From positions 124,001 to 188,000 of the forward strand of contig LSRY02000005.1 in the NCBI GenBank assembly GCA_001643675.2: a DNA stretch of 64,000 nt, given 5' to 3'. The notes under the pieces are model-generated. The model was not told where the DNA came from and ran no database searches. It saw only the letters and a program-made list of their open reading frames with translations. How positions within the stretch are numbered: position 1 is the stretch's first letter; the number at the start of each line of letters is the position of its first letter. The DNA is from Monocercomonoides exilis PA203. Its lineage: Eukaryota > Protista > Preaxostyla. The position numbers were made by a program, and so were the translations under genes. This document shows positions 62,401 to 64,000 of this stretch, one piece after another.

Positions 62401-64000
62401 CATAAGTCGGTATTGCGAGCTTGTTCATGGTGGAGTTTTACTGAAAAATTCTGAGAGCGAAAAAGGAGGAACAATAACTTGGTCCATGGACGCAGAAGTT
62501 CAGTGGGATCAGCCAGAAAAACAGCAACGAAATTCTGATAGAAAAGATTATAAAAAACGGTCAAACGAATTGAAAGATCTTGAATTTAGTGTGTATTTGT
62601 CTATGAAACAAATAGAGGAAGGCTGGCGCACAGTTCCGTCGATAATTTCAGACGCAGTTATAACCGAGCAATGTGAACGGAAAGATAAACGAACAGAAAT
62701 CACCAGCAGCACAAGTGCAAATTCTGAAGAAGGCGTTGAAACTGGTGTCTTTGTTCGTAGAATTGAAGGAAAAGTATCAGAAGAGCAGGAGACAGAGATT
62801 CTGCAAAGCGGAAAAAGTGTAATAGTCAATGGAATAACAAAGATGGACCCAGCATCAAAAGATGAGAACGGAATCATCACTTCTTCATATGCAACAGCTG
62901 AATGGAAGGCTCGCATCTGCCTTCCAATTTACACTCGCCCAGCGTCTTCGTCTAATTCAGTGAATATTTCTTCAAATGATTCAAAGTTACCTTCACATGA
63001 GTCAAAAATACACTCAAACAGATTTTCTTATGCAAAGGCAGAATTTAGTGATGATGAAAAGAAGGAGATTAACGAGTACTATGCACAATTTAGATCTGCC
63101 ACAAAAAGGTTGCATCTGAAATTCAAAGCAGAAGTTGAAGAAGCCAAAACAATTCCAACTCCTCCTCCGCTTACCAAAGTTGGCATTGAGGATTCTTTCA
63201 CTATTGCGATTTCTCCTTCAATCATTTCTCAACTGACTGTTGATCAGCCAGTGATTGTTGACCCAGGAAATCCGAACGATCATTTAACAAATACAAAAGC
63301 CCAGCCTGTGTCATTTCCAACTTATGTGTTTTATCTGATAGCTGCATTTATATTCATTTTTATCCTTATCATCATAATCATTATCTGCGTTATAAGAAGG
63401 AAGAAAGCAAAGAAACAGAAGAATTTACAAAGAAAGACTCTTAATGAGTTTGAGATGGATGAGATAGAATATAATTCAGCTCTGGAGAAGAAGAAAACAA
63501 AGTCTTCGAAAAAGAAAAGGAAGAGAACTTCAAAGAAAATGCGAATTGCTGTTGAAAAAGACGATGATTGCTTTGATTTAAATATCGATGATGATGAATT
63601 TACAAATCCGATTTCAAAGGATGTCAAAAAGAATACCGAAAACAGATTAAGATGTGAAAAGAACGATGAATACTCTGACGAAGAATTTGAAATAGATATT
63701 GACAGTGAAGAAAGCGATGACTTTTTGAAGGACGATGACGACATGTCTATTTGTACTAATAGCTCGTTATCTTCAGCTCCTCTGCTTCAAGTTCGGAGAT
63801 CAAAGAAGTCAAGTTACAATAGCGATTCATCGTTTTTATCCTCGCCAATCATTGCAGAACCTGAAGGCATTTCCACTATTGAAATCCAAACACCAGAAAC
63901 AATGGAAATTGAACTGGAGATTGACTCTGAAGAAGAAGAAGAGAAACAAAATGAACCCGAAAGCATCACATGCAAAGAAGAAGCTCTGACAACCAAAGAG
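56468..64000 (+). CDS. Giant type-I membrane protein (>2,400 aa, 3'-truncated by window end), unknown family; missing from the ORF track
   Basis: Exon 1 56468-56519 encodes MKVFQVLQFILIFVIKV, followed by intron 56520-56618. The frame with codons starting at 56621 was open in every stretch I translated (56.6 kb, 57.8-58.2 kb, 58.7 kb, 60.2 kb, 63.3 kb, window end). Probable intron 57896-58036. TM VFYLIAAFIFIFILIIIIIICVI at 63326-63394, then RRKKAKKQK and an acidic tail. Confidence 0.85.

Noticed and set aside
1-64000. Prokaryotic features (operons, CRISPR arrays, TTG/GTG starts in the ORF track), rRNA and tRNA genes
   Set aside because: The genes are spliceosomal-intron-containing eukaryotic genes, and non-ATG starts fall in introns or mid-exon. 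I saw no repeat-spacer array or recognisable rRNA/tRNA by eye.

Overview
This is a eukaryotic, intron-containing, AT-rich window read in the standard genetic code. Its style (giant Cys/Gly-repeat ectodomain proteins with a TKL-like pseudokinase tail, short introns, heavy Ser-rich insertions) suggests an oxymonad such as Monocercomonoides, which is an inference. I can support nine protein-coding genes: a ~2,970-aa receptor-like pseudokinase (-), a P4-ATPase flippase (+), PRP8 (-), a greatly expanded CFAP69 homologue (+), an MRG15/Eaf3-type MRG-domain protein (-), a tectonic (+), a Ubc7/UBE2G-type E2 (-), a ~2,850-aa type-I membrane protein with LamG- and discoidin-like ectodomain and cytoplasmic B-box-like fingers (-), and, head-to-head with it, a >2,400-aa type-I membrane protein (+). 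The last is absent from the ORF track, apparently because its frame has no stop inside the window. Non-coding structure includes a MITE with 126-bp TIRs nested in an older foldback element (~10.8-11.6 kb), a second copy of that foldback family at ~42.4-42.7 kb, and a hairpin-dense ~300-nt island at 38.2-38.5 kb that carries a CTAACCCT telomere-template-like octamer and an Sm-site-like motif (candidate ncRNA). Most intron donors follow a GTNTG pattern.
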